A stretch of 32,000 nucleotides of DNA from Desulfotalea psychrophila LSv54 (GTDB lineage: Bacteria > Desulfobacterota > Desulfobulbia > Desulfobulbales > Desulfocapsaceae). Below are positions 24,366 to 32,000 of this stretch, piece by piece. The notes beneath the pieces are model-generated. The model saw only the letters and a list, made by a program, of their open reading frames with translations. It was not told where the DNA came from and did not search any database. The stretch covers positions 1,950,001-1,982,000 of the forward strand of contig NC_006138.1 of NCBI RefSeq assembly GCF_000025945.1, in the 5' to 3' direction. Position numbers and translations under genes: made by a program. Position 1 is the stretch's first letter. Every line of letters starts with the position of its first letter.

Positions 24366-27300
24366 AGTCGCCTCCCTCGTTCTGCTCGTAGTTGCTCTTC
24401 TTTGCCCTATTCTGGGCCTCTCTATTCCTGCCGGGGCCTCTTCTCTGCGTAGTCTGGTCTCAGACCTGAGTGGATGGGAGAGTCGTAGTACGGCAAGCGC
24501 TGGCGCTGAGCAGGCGGCCAGCTATATTGAGAAGAGACTCTCCGACCTGGGCCTATCGCCCCAGAGTTATTACTATCAGATAGCAAAGAGGCAGGTGGGA
24601 CAATCCACCCTGCAGATGGATGGTAGGCAGTACCCTCTCAAACCATTTTTTTATAATGCCATTACCCCCGAGAGTAGTGGGGAGACTCTCACCGGGCCTG
24701 TATATTATCTGGGCTCAGGTAGCCTTGCTCAACTGGACGGCATACCTATAAAAGACTCTATCATCCTCCTCGATTTTGCCTCGGCCAGAAACTGGCAGAG
24801 AGTTGCCTCCCTGGGAGCAAGGGCTATTATCTATCTCGGCCGTGGAGGGGAGAGTAGATTTTCCTTTCAGGAGAAGCAAGAGCTGAGTCCCCTGCAACTG
24901 CCCTGTTACTGGATGCCCAGAGAGGATGCTGAGGCATTTTTTGCCCGTCCGCTCAAGAAAGCAGATAGGGTTGCTAGCCAGATAAAGATCAGTACAGATA
25001 TAGGTTGGGAAAACAGCCTGAGTCGTAATATCTATGCCTTTATCCCCGGCACGGAGAGTGGCCAAGATCAGGAACTCCTCCTTCTTGAGGCATTTTACGA
25101 TGACGAGGAGATGGTCTATCGGGACTCTCCCGGAGCAGATGCCGCCCTCTCGATTGCCTCCCTGCTTGATGTTGCAGAAAATTTGGTGCAGACGCCGCCT
25201 AAACGTTCGGTTTTGCTTTTGGCCACCAGTGGTAATAGCCAGTCCTTGGCCGGTATGCGTGATGCCATCTGGAGTATAGTAAGTAGGGGCAAGGACCTGA
25301 AAAAAGAGGATTCCAGGTTGAATGGGGGCATTGCCCAAAAAGAACAGACACTGCTTGCCCTGCAAGATATTCGTTTTCCCCTGCCGGCAGATAAGGTGCG
25401 GGACAGACTTCTGCGTGGGGCAATAGCTCAGACCCTGAGCAGTCATATAGACAACCTCTCTCGCCGGGTGATGGAACTTCGTCTTGGAGAAAAGAGCAAG
25501 CTGCGCCGGCAGCAGATAAAAAAATTGGCCGCCGAACGTCTGCTCTATAAGCAACTCAGTTGGCAGAGTCACTACCATGATCTCGATGGCAAAAAGGAGA
25601 GGCTGCTCCAGGGCCTGCTCCCTCAAGTAATTCTCTCCTATAAAAGGGGGATTGAGGGCTTGGCTGTGCAGAAAAAATGCCTTGATTCGGCCCTTGCCTT
25701 TCGCCGGCAGGTAAAGGAGTATCGGCTGGCCGCCGCCATCAGCCTCCACCTTTCGGGGCATGGGACAGGCATTGGTGCATTTCACCGTGGTTGGCTCTAT
25801 CCCCTTAAATCCTCCGTTAACCGTACGGGTATCTATAGTCTCATCGCCGACGTTCTGGAGGAATCTAATCTTCAAGGGGGGAGGGCAGAGTATCAAAACA
25901 CCCTGCGTCCCACTCTGATGCGGAGTTGGAACTCCTGGTTTCTGGATAAACCCGCTTTGGGTGGAGAGGTCAGCTCTCTTGCCGGCCTGTTGGGCATTAG
26001 TCTGGTAACCACCGGAGATGCCAGGGCCCTGTGGGGAACGCCGGGAGATCTGGCAAAAAATATTGACTGGGATTATGTAGAGGGACAGAATGAACTGCTG
26101 CTTAGCCTGGTTAGGGGGCTCTGTGCCGCCCCTAGACTTGATATGGGCAGATTTCCCCGTAAGGGTTTTGCTCAACTGACAGGTAGGGCCAATCTTCTCC
26201 TGCAGGGAGAGCTCTTTGCCAGTTTTCCGGCTAAGGGAACAACCGTCCTCGCCTATCAGGGATTGGCCCGATACTATGCCATGGTTGATGGAGAGGGTTT
26301 ATTTCGGATTGTAGGCCTTGCCGATAAAAAGAATGTTGGAGATAAGGTTATTCTTGAGGGCTATCGTTTTGCCCCGGATGGCCGGGCCATTTGGGCCATA
26401 GATAAAAGGGATACGGGCAAGAGCAATTATAGAGTGAAGATGCTGCGGAAAAACATGCAGACGGATCTGACCATGTTCGCCTGCCAGCAGATCACCATCT
26501 TCGACCTTCTTGAACCACGTAATCTTGACTATATGACCAAAATACAGGTCTATGATGGCAGACGGGACGCCCCGCCTCAGCACTATTGGTACAGCAGGAT
26601 AGATACAAGGAAATCAGCTATCTGCTCTGTCTTTACAGAACCGGGAACGCCAGTTAAGCTCACCCTGTCAGACACCGTCCTTACCACCAAGATGCTCCTC
26701 ACTAACAGCCATGAGGAGAAGGTGGGAGGGGTAGGATTTAAGGGCAGTGATTATCCGCAGATAAATAGAACAGCGTATGCTGCTGCCAGGGACGCTTGGG
26801 CCTTGCTCGGGCCCCGAATAAAGAATCTCCAGAGCCATGGTATCTATGATAGCAGGATTGATGATCTCAAGGTGCGCGGTTTGCTTGCCCTGCACAATGC
26901 AGAGAGGGATTATCAAAACCTGAAATACTCATCGGCTCAGGAGGAGGCGGCCAGCTCTCTTGCCCTATCGACCAGGGTCTATACCGAGGTGGAAAAGACG
27001 CAGAAGGATGTTCTCTTTGGAGTGCTCTTTTATATAGCCCTCTTTGTCCCCTTTGCCTTTGTCATGGAACGCTTCATCTTTAACTATGCCCATATCTATA
27101 AGAGGATATCTGCCTTTCTCTTAATACTGTTCCTGCTTATTGCAATTATTTATCAGGTGCATCCGGCCTTTGAGCTTGCCTACAGTCCGCTTATTATTGT
27201 TCTCGCCTTTTTTATTATAGGGCTGTCACTGTTGGTTACCCTGATTATCTTCTTTCGTTTTGAAAGGGAGATGATCCGTCTTCAGAACCAGGCCAATCAC

Positions 27301-29109
27301 TATAGGCCGGAGGAGATCAGCCATTGGAAGGCCTTTGTCGCGGCCTTTTTTCTTGGTGTTTCTAATCTGCGTCGGCGGCGCTTGCGCACCATGCTGACCT
27401 GTCTGACCCTTATTATTCTCTCTTTTACCATCATGAGCTTTACCACCATTAAATCCGGTCAACAGCATCTCCGGCTGCCCTTTGGCGCCAAGGCCCCTTA
27501 TCAGGGTCTGCTTTTGGAAAAGAGGGATTGGAAAACCCTGCCGACGGATGCCACGGATATTCTTAAGAGCAGTATGGCAGGTAGTAGTAAAGCCGCGCCA
27601 CGGGCATGGTTGGAGGCGGTTCCTCCAACAAGACCTGTGCATGTTCCTCTGACTCGTGGGAATAAAAATATTGAAGTTAATGGCGTACTTGGTCTCAGTG
27701 TTAATGAGGCGGAGGTGACAGGCATATCCCGTCTCCTCACCACTGGTCATTGGTTTACCTCAGATAATGCTCAAAGTGTTATTCTGGCCGATGAGATTGC
27801 TGCAAAATTAGGGATTACTGGCATGAAGGATGCCCGGATACTGCTGTGGGGTATTCCATTTACTGTTATTGCCACCTTTGATAGTAAGGGCCTTGAGGCC
27901 ATGGCTGATCTTGATGGTGAAGCCCTTACCCCTGTCATCTTTCCTGAAGAACAGCAGCAGGAGTTGAGCGATGCCGAGCAGGAGGCCGTGGAACAGGGAG
28001 ATGATATACAGAGTTTTCAGAGCAGATATCAGCATATTGGTGCAGATAAAACTATCATCATTCCTGTCAATACCCTCCTGGCCGCCGGTGGTAGTCTGAA
28101 GAGTATTGCCATTCGTCCTGATTATCAGGAGGGGCAGGCTGGTGAGATTACTCGTGAGGCTGGCCTATTGGTAGATCGGTTCAACCTTGTCATCTTTGCC
28201 GGCGATGAGGATGGGGTCTGGCTCTATAATGCAACGGACACCATTAGCTATAGCGGTGTGCCCAATATTATTATTCCCCTTCTTATCTCTGTTTTTATTG
28301 TCCTTAATACCATGATCAGCTCTGTGCAGGAACGTCGGGGGGAGATAGGTGTTTATACCTCCATTGGCCTTGCCCCATCCCATGTAGCCTTTCTCTTTGT
28401 GGCGGAGGCCCTTGCCCTGGCGGTGGTTTCCGTGGTCATCGGCTATCTATTGGCCCAGATATCGGCCTACTTTCTCTCCACCACCTCCCTCTGGCAAGGC
28501 ATTACTGTTAATTACTCCTCTCTTGCTGGCGTTGCCTCCATGTTTCTTGTTATCATGGTGGTGCTTATCTCCGTTATCTATCCGGCCAGGATGGCCAGTA
28601 AAATTGCCATCCCCGATGTCAATAAGACCTTTTCTCTGCCCAAGGACGACGGGCACAGTATGAAGATTACCCTGCCCTTTCTTCTTAAGCAGAATGAGGC
28701 CGATAGTCTCGGCGGTTTCCTCTTCTCATATTTTAATGCTCACCTGGAAGTTTCCCATGGACTCTTTTCAACGGCCAAGCTCTCCCTTGAGAAAAATAGT
28801 GATAAGGAGGTCTACTGTTCCATTTGCTGCCAGACCTGGCTTGCCCCCTTTGATCTTGGCATTATGCAAGAGGTGGAGGTCACCTTGGAAAATGATAAGA
28901 CCTTTACCGATGATGATTTCTTGTCTGTTCAGGTGCATATAAGGCGGGAGGCTGGGGAGGTTGCCGCTTGGCGACGAATGAATACGGTTTTCTTCCATCA
29001 GTTGCGCAAACAACTCCTCGTCTGGCGCTCCCTTGATGGGGCGGGCCATTGCGAACAGGAGGCAATTTTTGCCGAAAAAACCGGCCTGCAAGGGAGCAGT
29101 CAATCATGA
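24355..29109 (+). CDS. 1,584-aa fusion protein: signal peptide + M28/PA peptidase-like ectodomain (apparently inactive) + 3 TM + FtsX permease with MacB-like periplasmic domain + cytoplasmic tail
   Basis: Start set at ATG 24355 (GGAGAG 4 nt upstream, 11-nt overlap with the ATPase gene). Signal peptide MRHRVASLVLLVVALLCPILGLSIPAGA. PA-like GPVYYLGSG...IKDSIILLDFA...SLGARAIIYLG. M28-like NIYAFIPG...LLLLEAFYDD...SPGADAALSIASLLDVAENL...SVLLLATSGNSQSLAGMRD. Hydrophobic TMs at about 27010-27260. FtsX TM1 LRRRRLRTMLTCLTLIILSF. MacB-PCD-like VILADEIAAKLGI...IPFTVIATFD. FtsX core ISSVQERRGEIGVYTSIGLAPSHVAFLFVAEALALAV ... YPARMASKI. Confidence 0.8.
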   Translation: MRHRVASLVLLVVALLCPILGLSIPAGASSLRSLVSDLSGWESRSTASAGAEQAASYIEKRLSDLGLSPQSYYYQIAKRQVGQSTLQMDGRQYPLKPFFYNAITPESSGETLTGPVYYLGSGSLAQLDGIPIKDSIILLDFASARNWQRVASLGARAIIYLGRGGESRFSFQEKQELSPLQLPCYWMPREDAEAFFARPLKKADRVASQIKISTDIGWENSLSRNIYAFIPGTESGQDQELLLLEAFYDDEEMVYRDSPGADAALSIASLLDVAENLVQTPPKRSVLLLATSGNSQSLAGMRDAIWSIVSRGKDLKKEDSRLNGGIAQKEQTLLALQDIRFPLPADKVRDRLLRGAIAQTLSSHIDNLSRRVMELRLGEKSKLRRQQIKKLAAERLLYKQLSWQSHYHDLDGKKERLLQGLLPQVILSYKRGIEGLAVQKKCLDSALAFRRQVKEYRLAAAISLHLSGHGTGIGAFHRGWLYPLKSSVNRTGIYSLIADVLEESNLQGGRAEYQNTLRPTLMRSWNSWFLDKPALGGEVSSLAGLLGISLVTTGDARALWGTPGDLAKNIDWDYVEGQNELLLSLVRGLCAAPRLDMGRFPRKGFAQLTGRANLLLQGELFASFPAKGTTVLAYQGLARYYAMVDGEGLFRIVGLADKKNVGDKVILEGYRFAPDGRAIWAIDKRDTGKSNYRVKMLRKNMQTDLTMFACQQITIFDLLEPRNLDYMTKIQVYDGRRDAPPQHYWYSRIDTRKSAICSVFTEPGTPVKLTLSDTVLTTKMLLTNSHEEKVGGVGFKGSDYPQINRTAYAAARDAWALLGPRIKNLQSHGIYDSRIDDLKVRGLLALHNAERDYQNLKYSSAQEEAASSLALSTRVYTEVEKTQKDVLFGVLFYIALFVPFAFVMERFIFNYAHIYKRISAFLLILFLLIAIIYQVHPAFELAYSPLIIVLAFFIIGLSLLVTLIIFFRFEREMIRLQNQANHYRPEEISHWKAFVAAFFLGVSNLRRRRLRTMLTCLTLIILSFTIMSFTTIKSGQQHLRLPFGAKAPYQGLLLEKRDWKTLPTDATDILKSSMAGSSKAAPRAWLEAVPPTRPVHVPLTRGNKNIEVNGVLGLSVNEAEVTGISRLLTTGHWFTSDNAQSVILADEIAAKLGITGMKDARILLWGIPFTVIATFDSKGLEAMADLDGEALTPVIFPEEQQQELSDAEQEAVEQGDDIQSFQSRYQHIGADKTIIIPVNTLLAAGGSLKSIAIRPDYQEGQAGEITREAGLLVDRFNLVIFAGDEDGVWLYNATDTISYSGVPNIIIPLLISVFIVLNTMISSVQERRGEIGVYTSIGLAPSHVAFLFVAEALALAVVSVVIGYLLAQISAYFLSTTSLWQGITVNYSSLAGVASMFLVIMVVLISVIYPARMASKIAIPDVNKTFSLPKDDGHSMKITLPFLLKQNEADSLGGFLFSYFNAHLEVSHGLFSTAKLSLEKNSDKEVYCSICCQTWLAPFDLGIMQEVEVTLENDKTFTDDDFLSVQVHIRREAGEVAAWRRMNTVFFHQLRKQLLVWRSLDGAGHCEQEAIFAEKTGLQGSSQS

Positions 29110-31112
29110 AAAATGAACAGTCCTCTGTCCCCGAAGTGGGGAATCGTGTTCGCCTGCGAGCCCCAATCATTGGCCTGCTCTTTGCCATGGGTATCTGCTT
29201 GCTCACGCCCTACAATAATATTTATCTACAGGCAACTCCGCTTGGTGGGGGGCATTTCCCCCTTGCTCCCTTTTTCTTGTTTCTAGGCCTCTCTGGTCTT
29301 ACCATCCTCTTGCAGGTTATCAGGGGCGGGGCAACTCTTTTGAGCGGTGGAGAGTTACTGACAATTTGGATTCAAGCGGTAATAGGATCCGGTATTGCCT
29401 ATACCGGTTTTGCCAGAACCTTTTTGATTAATATAACGACCCCTCTTCATTTTGCCGGTACAGAGAGTCGCTGGCAGGAAAATATTGACCCCCTTATCCC
29501 TGCGGGGCTTTTGCCCACGGACAAAGGGGCCATAGAGCTTTTGTATAATGGTATCCCCGGAGCACGAGAGGACAGCTGGCTCTCCATGCTTGGACAAATA
29601 CCCTGGCAGGCTTGGTTGCAGCCACTTTTCAGCTGGTCTGTCTATATCCTCCTGGCCTATCTGGTTATGATATTTTTGCTTAATATTATTGTCCGCCAGT
29701 GGATCTTTTATGAGCGGATGAATTTTCCGCTCTTGAAGGTACCACGGATGATTGCCCATGCTGTTAGTGAGGGAGAGGGGCTTGCATTTTTTACCAACCG
29801 TTTCTTGCTGATGGGTGTTCTTCTGCCGGTAATCCTCCACCTGCTGAATGGTCTGAACCTCTACTATCCATCGGTCCCCCAGATGCCGACCCTGCTCCTT
29901 GCCGGGCCTTATTTTGGCCAAACAGGAATTTTTTCTGGATTTCATAAGCTCAAGCTCTATTTCTTTCCTGCCTTTATAGGTTTTGCCTTTCTAACCTCAA
30001 GGCAAATTTCCTTCTCTTTTTGGTTTTTCTTTTTGGGTGGAGGGCTCTTTTATGGTCTCCTCAGTCTTCTCGGTTATTCACTGCCCGCCTCGGAACTGGG
30101 GGTAACCTTTGGCCCCACCATTACCCGGCCTGAAGAGATGCAGATGCTCGGAGCCTATGGAGTCTTTTTCTTCTCTCTGGTTTGGTTGGCCCGCTATCAT
30201 CTGCTGGATGTGACCCGTAGGTCTATCCTCTGGCAGAAGGCAGACAGTCCCGGGCCCGAGTGGCTCGATGTCAGGATTAGTTTCTGGGGTGCCATCATTG
30301 GCACAATAGCCCTTGTTTGTTGGTATGTATACTATGGCACTGCGCCCTTGGTTGCCGTTCTTCTTGTTTTCTCTTTTTTCATGATAACTATCGTTGCTAC
30401 CCGTGTTATTTGTCAGGGAGGCCTTGCCTATTTCACCCTGACAGCTGCTCCCATGGATGGCCTGATAGCCTTTTTGGGGCCTAAGTTTTTTACAGGGATA
30501 AACGCTCTCATTGCCGGTATCAGTCAAAAGGTGCTCTTTGTTGATCTGCGCGAATCGCTGATGCCCTCTCTTCTGCAAGCGGCCAGGGTGCAGCGAAGCA
30601 ATTGGCCCCGTGGGCTTCTCTTCTCCTCAATTCTTCTAACCATTGTTCTCTCTCTCTTTACCTCCTGCCTTGCCATGCTCACCCTCTGCTATCGTTTTGG
30701 TATCCGAGAGCTGCAACAGGATTGGGCCGCCACCACCAGTATTGCTGTCTATGAAAATATTTCCCGCCTGATGAATACTCCGCCGGAGACCGGGAGCTGG
30801 GTCTTTGGTTTTACCATGATGGGGGCGGTGGTTATGTTACTGCTCGTTGTCTGCTATCAGCGTCTGCACTGGTGGCCCCTTCATCCCCTCGGTTATCTCA
30901 CTGTTTATAGTTCGGCGATGCGTATTCTCTGGTTGAGCTTTTTTCTTGGCTGGTTATGCAATGCGCTCTGTATGCGCTACGGTGGAGTACGTCTCTTTAA
31001 AAAACTCCAGTTCTTTTTTATTGGTTTGATTATAGGTGACTTTAGCATGGGTGGTATTTGGGCCATTATCGGTCTCTTTACCCGTATGAGTTATCAGGTC
31101 CTGCCAAACTAA
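29106..31112 (+). CDS. large polytopic inner-membrane protein, function unknown
   Basis: Start set at ATG 29106 (ATGA overlap with the upstream stop). 668 aa and hydrophobic throughout, with more than 12 predicted TM stretches by eye. I recognise no transporter signature. Confidence 0.7.
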   Translation: MKNEQSSVPEVGNRVRLRAPIIGLLFAMGICLLTPYNNIYLQATPLGGGHFPLAPFFLFLGLSGLTILLQVIRGGATLLSGGELLTIWIQAVIGSGIAYTGFARTFLINITTPLHFAGTESRWQENIDPLIPAGLLPTDKGAIELLYNGIPGAREDSWLSMLGQIPWQAWLQPLFSWSVYILLAYLVMIFLLNIIVRQWIFYERMNFPLLKVPRMIAHAVSEGEGLAFFTNRFLLMGVLLPVILHLLNGLNLYYPSVPQMPTLLLAGPYFGQTGIFSGFHKLKLYFFPAFIGFAFLTSRQISFSFWFFFLGGGLFYGLLSLLGYSLPASELGVTFGPTITRPEEMQMLGAYGVFFFSLVWLARYHLLDVTRRSILWQKADSPGPEWLDVRISFWGAIIGTIALVCWYVYYGTAPLVAVLLVFSFFMITIVATRVICQGGLAYFTLTAAPMDGLIAFLGPKFFTGINALIAGISQKVLFVDLRESLMPSLLQAARVQRSNWPRGLLFSSILLTIVLSLFTSCLAMLTLCYRFGIRELQQDWAATTSIAVYENISRLMNTPPETGSWVFGFTMMGAVVMLLLVVCYQRLHWWPLHPLGYLTVYSSAMRILWLSFFLGWLCNALCMRYGGVRLFKKLQFFFIGLIIGDFSMGGIWAIIGLFTRMSYQVLPN

Positions 31113-31169
31113 GTTTTCGAGCCACCCTTTAGGGATAATGAAAGCCAGCAACCTCTTCTTTGGAAAATT

Positions 31170-32000
31170 ATGTACGATGATAAAGAGCTAAAAGAATATA
31201 GGGACCTGCTCCCGACTCCTACTCATTTTGAGGAGGGATTTGATTGGAAAACCATTATAGGCGCTGTTTTTATTGGTTTTTTGATGATGCCGGGATCCAT
31301 GTATCTGCAGTTGGTTATTGGCCAGGGTATTGGCCCTGCCGCCCGTTGGGTGACCATTATTCTTTTTGCTGAGATTGCCAAGAGGGCCCATTCGGAGCTT
31401 AAACAGCAGGAAATATTTTTGCTCTACTATATGGCAGGTGCAGCCCTTGCCTCGCCATTTTCCGGTCTTCTCTGGAACCAGTATCTGGTCCAGTCCGATG
31501 CCGCCAGGATGCTTGGGGTTACCGAATTCATCCCTGCCTGGATAGCTCCTTCTCCGGAATCAGAGTCCATGTTGGAGAGGACTTTTTTTCATCGAGACTG
31601 GATGATTCCCATCCTTCTCCTGGTGGGTTCCCAGATCATCCAGCGTATCGATCATTTTGGCTTGGGTTATGCCCTCTATAGAATCACCTCAGATGTGGAA
31701 AAACTTCCATTTCCCATGGCTCCGGTGGCGGCTCTTGGCACCATGGCCCTGGCTGAATCGGCCGAGGAGAAGGAGGGGAAGGGGAGTTGGAAGTGGAAGG
31801 TCTTTTCCATAGGGGCGGTCATAGGTCTGGGCTTTGGTGCCATCTATGTTGTTCTACCCATCGTCTCGGGACTCATCTTTACTGAACAGATCCGCCTCAT
31901 CCCCATTCCCTGGATTGAGTATACCCGCTATACCGAAGACATTCTGCCCGCTGTGGCCACCGGTCTCCAACTTGATCTTGGTCTGGTCTTTATCGGCATG
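31170..32000 (+). CDS. polytopic membrane protein, function unknown (5' part; continues beyond the window)
   Basis: Not in the ORF track because it is open at the right edge. ATG 31170, frame open for 277 codons to 32000. My translation starts MYDDKELKEYRDLLPTPTHFEEGFDWKTIIGAVFIGFLMMPGSMYLQLVIGQGIGPAARWVTIILFAEIAKRA... and shows several hydrophobic helices. Confidence 0.7.
   Translation, partial: MYDDKELKEYRDLLPTPTHFEEGFDWKTIIGAVFIGFLMMPGSMYLQLVIGQGIGPAARWVTIILFAEIAKRAHSELKQQEIFLLYYMAGAALASPFSGLLWNQYLVQSDAARMLGVTEFIPAWIAPSPESESMLERTFFHRDWMIPILLLVGSQIIQRIDHFGLGYALYRITSDVEKLPFPMAPVAALGTMALAESAEEKEGKGSWKWKVFSIGAVIGLGFGAIYVVLPIVSGLIFTEQIRLIPIPWIEYTRYTEDILPAVATGLQLDLGLVFIGM

Noticed and set aside
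24715-26175. 486-aa minus-strand ORF
   Set aside because: It is entirely antisense within the giant M28-FtsX gene and has a Gly/Pro/Arg-rich junk composition. It is a shadow ORF.
23604-31140. 11-nt identical string tttagggataa upstream of two genes of the ABC cluster (23604-23614 and 31130-31140)
   Set aside because: Exact 11-mer matches are expected by chance many times in a 32-kb window. There is no supporting structure or additional conservation around them.

Overview
This 32-kb window looks like part of an anaerobic Desulfobacterota-type chromosome. That placement is only an inference from gene content: ThiH-type thiazole synthesis and a Cys/His-lid adenylate kinase. I see no rRNA, tRNA or CRISPR.

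Left third (1-9.2 kb, mostly + strand): housekeeping genes. These are a hom fragment, adk, a cobA-hemD fusion, a chimeric ferredoxin/acyl-CoA-ligase remnant, creA, a C-terminally short glmU-like gene abutting thiS-thiG-thiH, and a formyltransferase-only purH-like gene.

Middle (9.2-17.5 kb, - strand): ispB, a DinG/XPD-family helicase, a porin, a frameshifted RAYT (IS200-like) gene and an FG-GAP repeat protein. The non-coding DNA between these genes is unusual:
- a 48-nt polypyrimidine tract followed by a G-quadruplex motif
- a 440-bp element bounded by inverted repeats, with a perfect 14-bp hairpin
- a perfect (CTAGCAT)x17 heptamer array, plus inverted degenerate heptamer arrays
- three copies of a 27-nt REP hairpin, plus a REP half-site inside the RAYT coding sequence

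Right half (17.8-32 kb, + strand): two tightly coupled envelope modules.
- Glycosylation module: two COG4671-like GTs, a GT4, a histidine phosphatase and a NodB-like protein.
- ABC module: a FtsX/MacB-type ABC system built around a 1,584-aa protein. That protein fuses an apparently inactive M28/PA peptidase-like ectodomain to a FtsX permease. It is accompanied by a minimal FtsX partner, a LolD-like ATPase and two large uncharacterised polytopic membrane proteins.

The ABC module is my best candidate for an undescribed system. All product calls come from motif recognition by eye; no database search was run.
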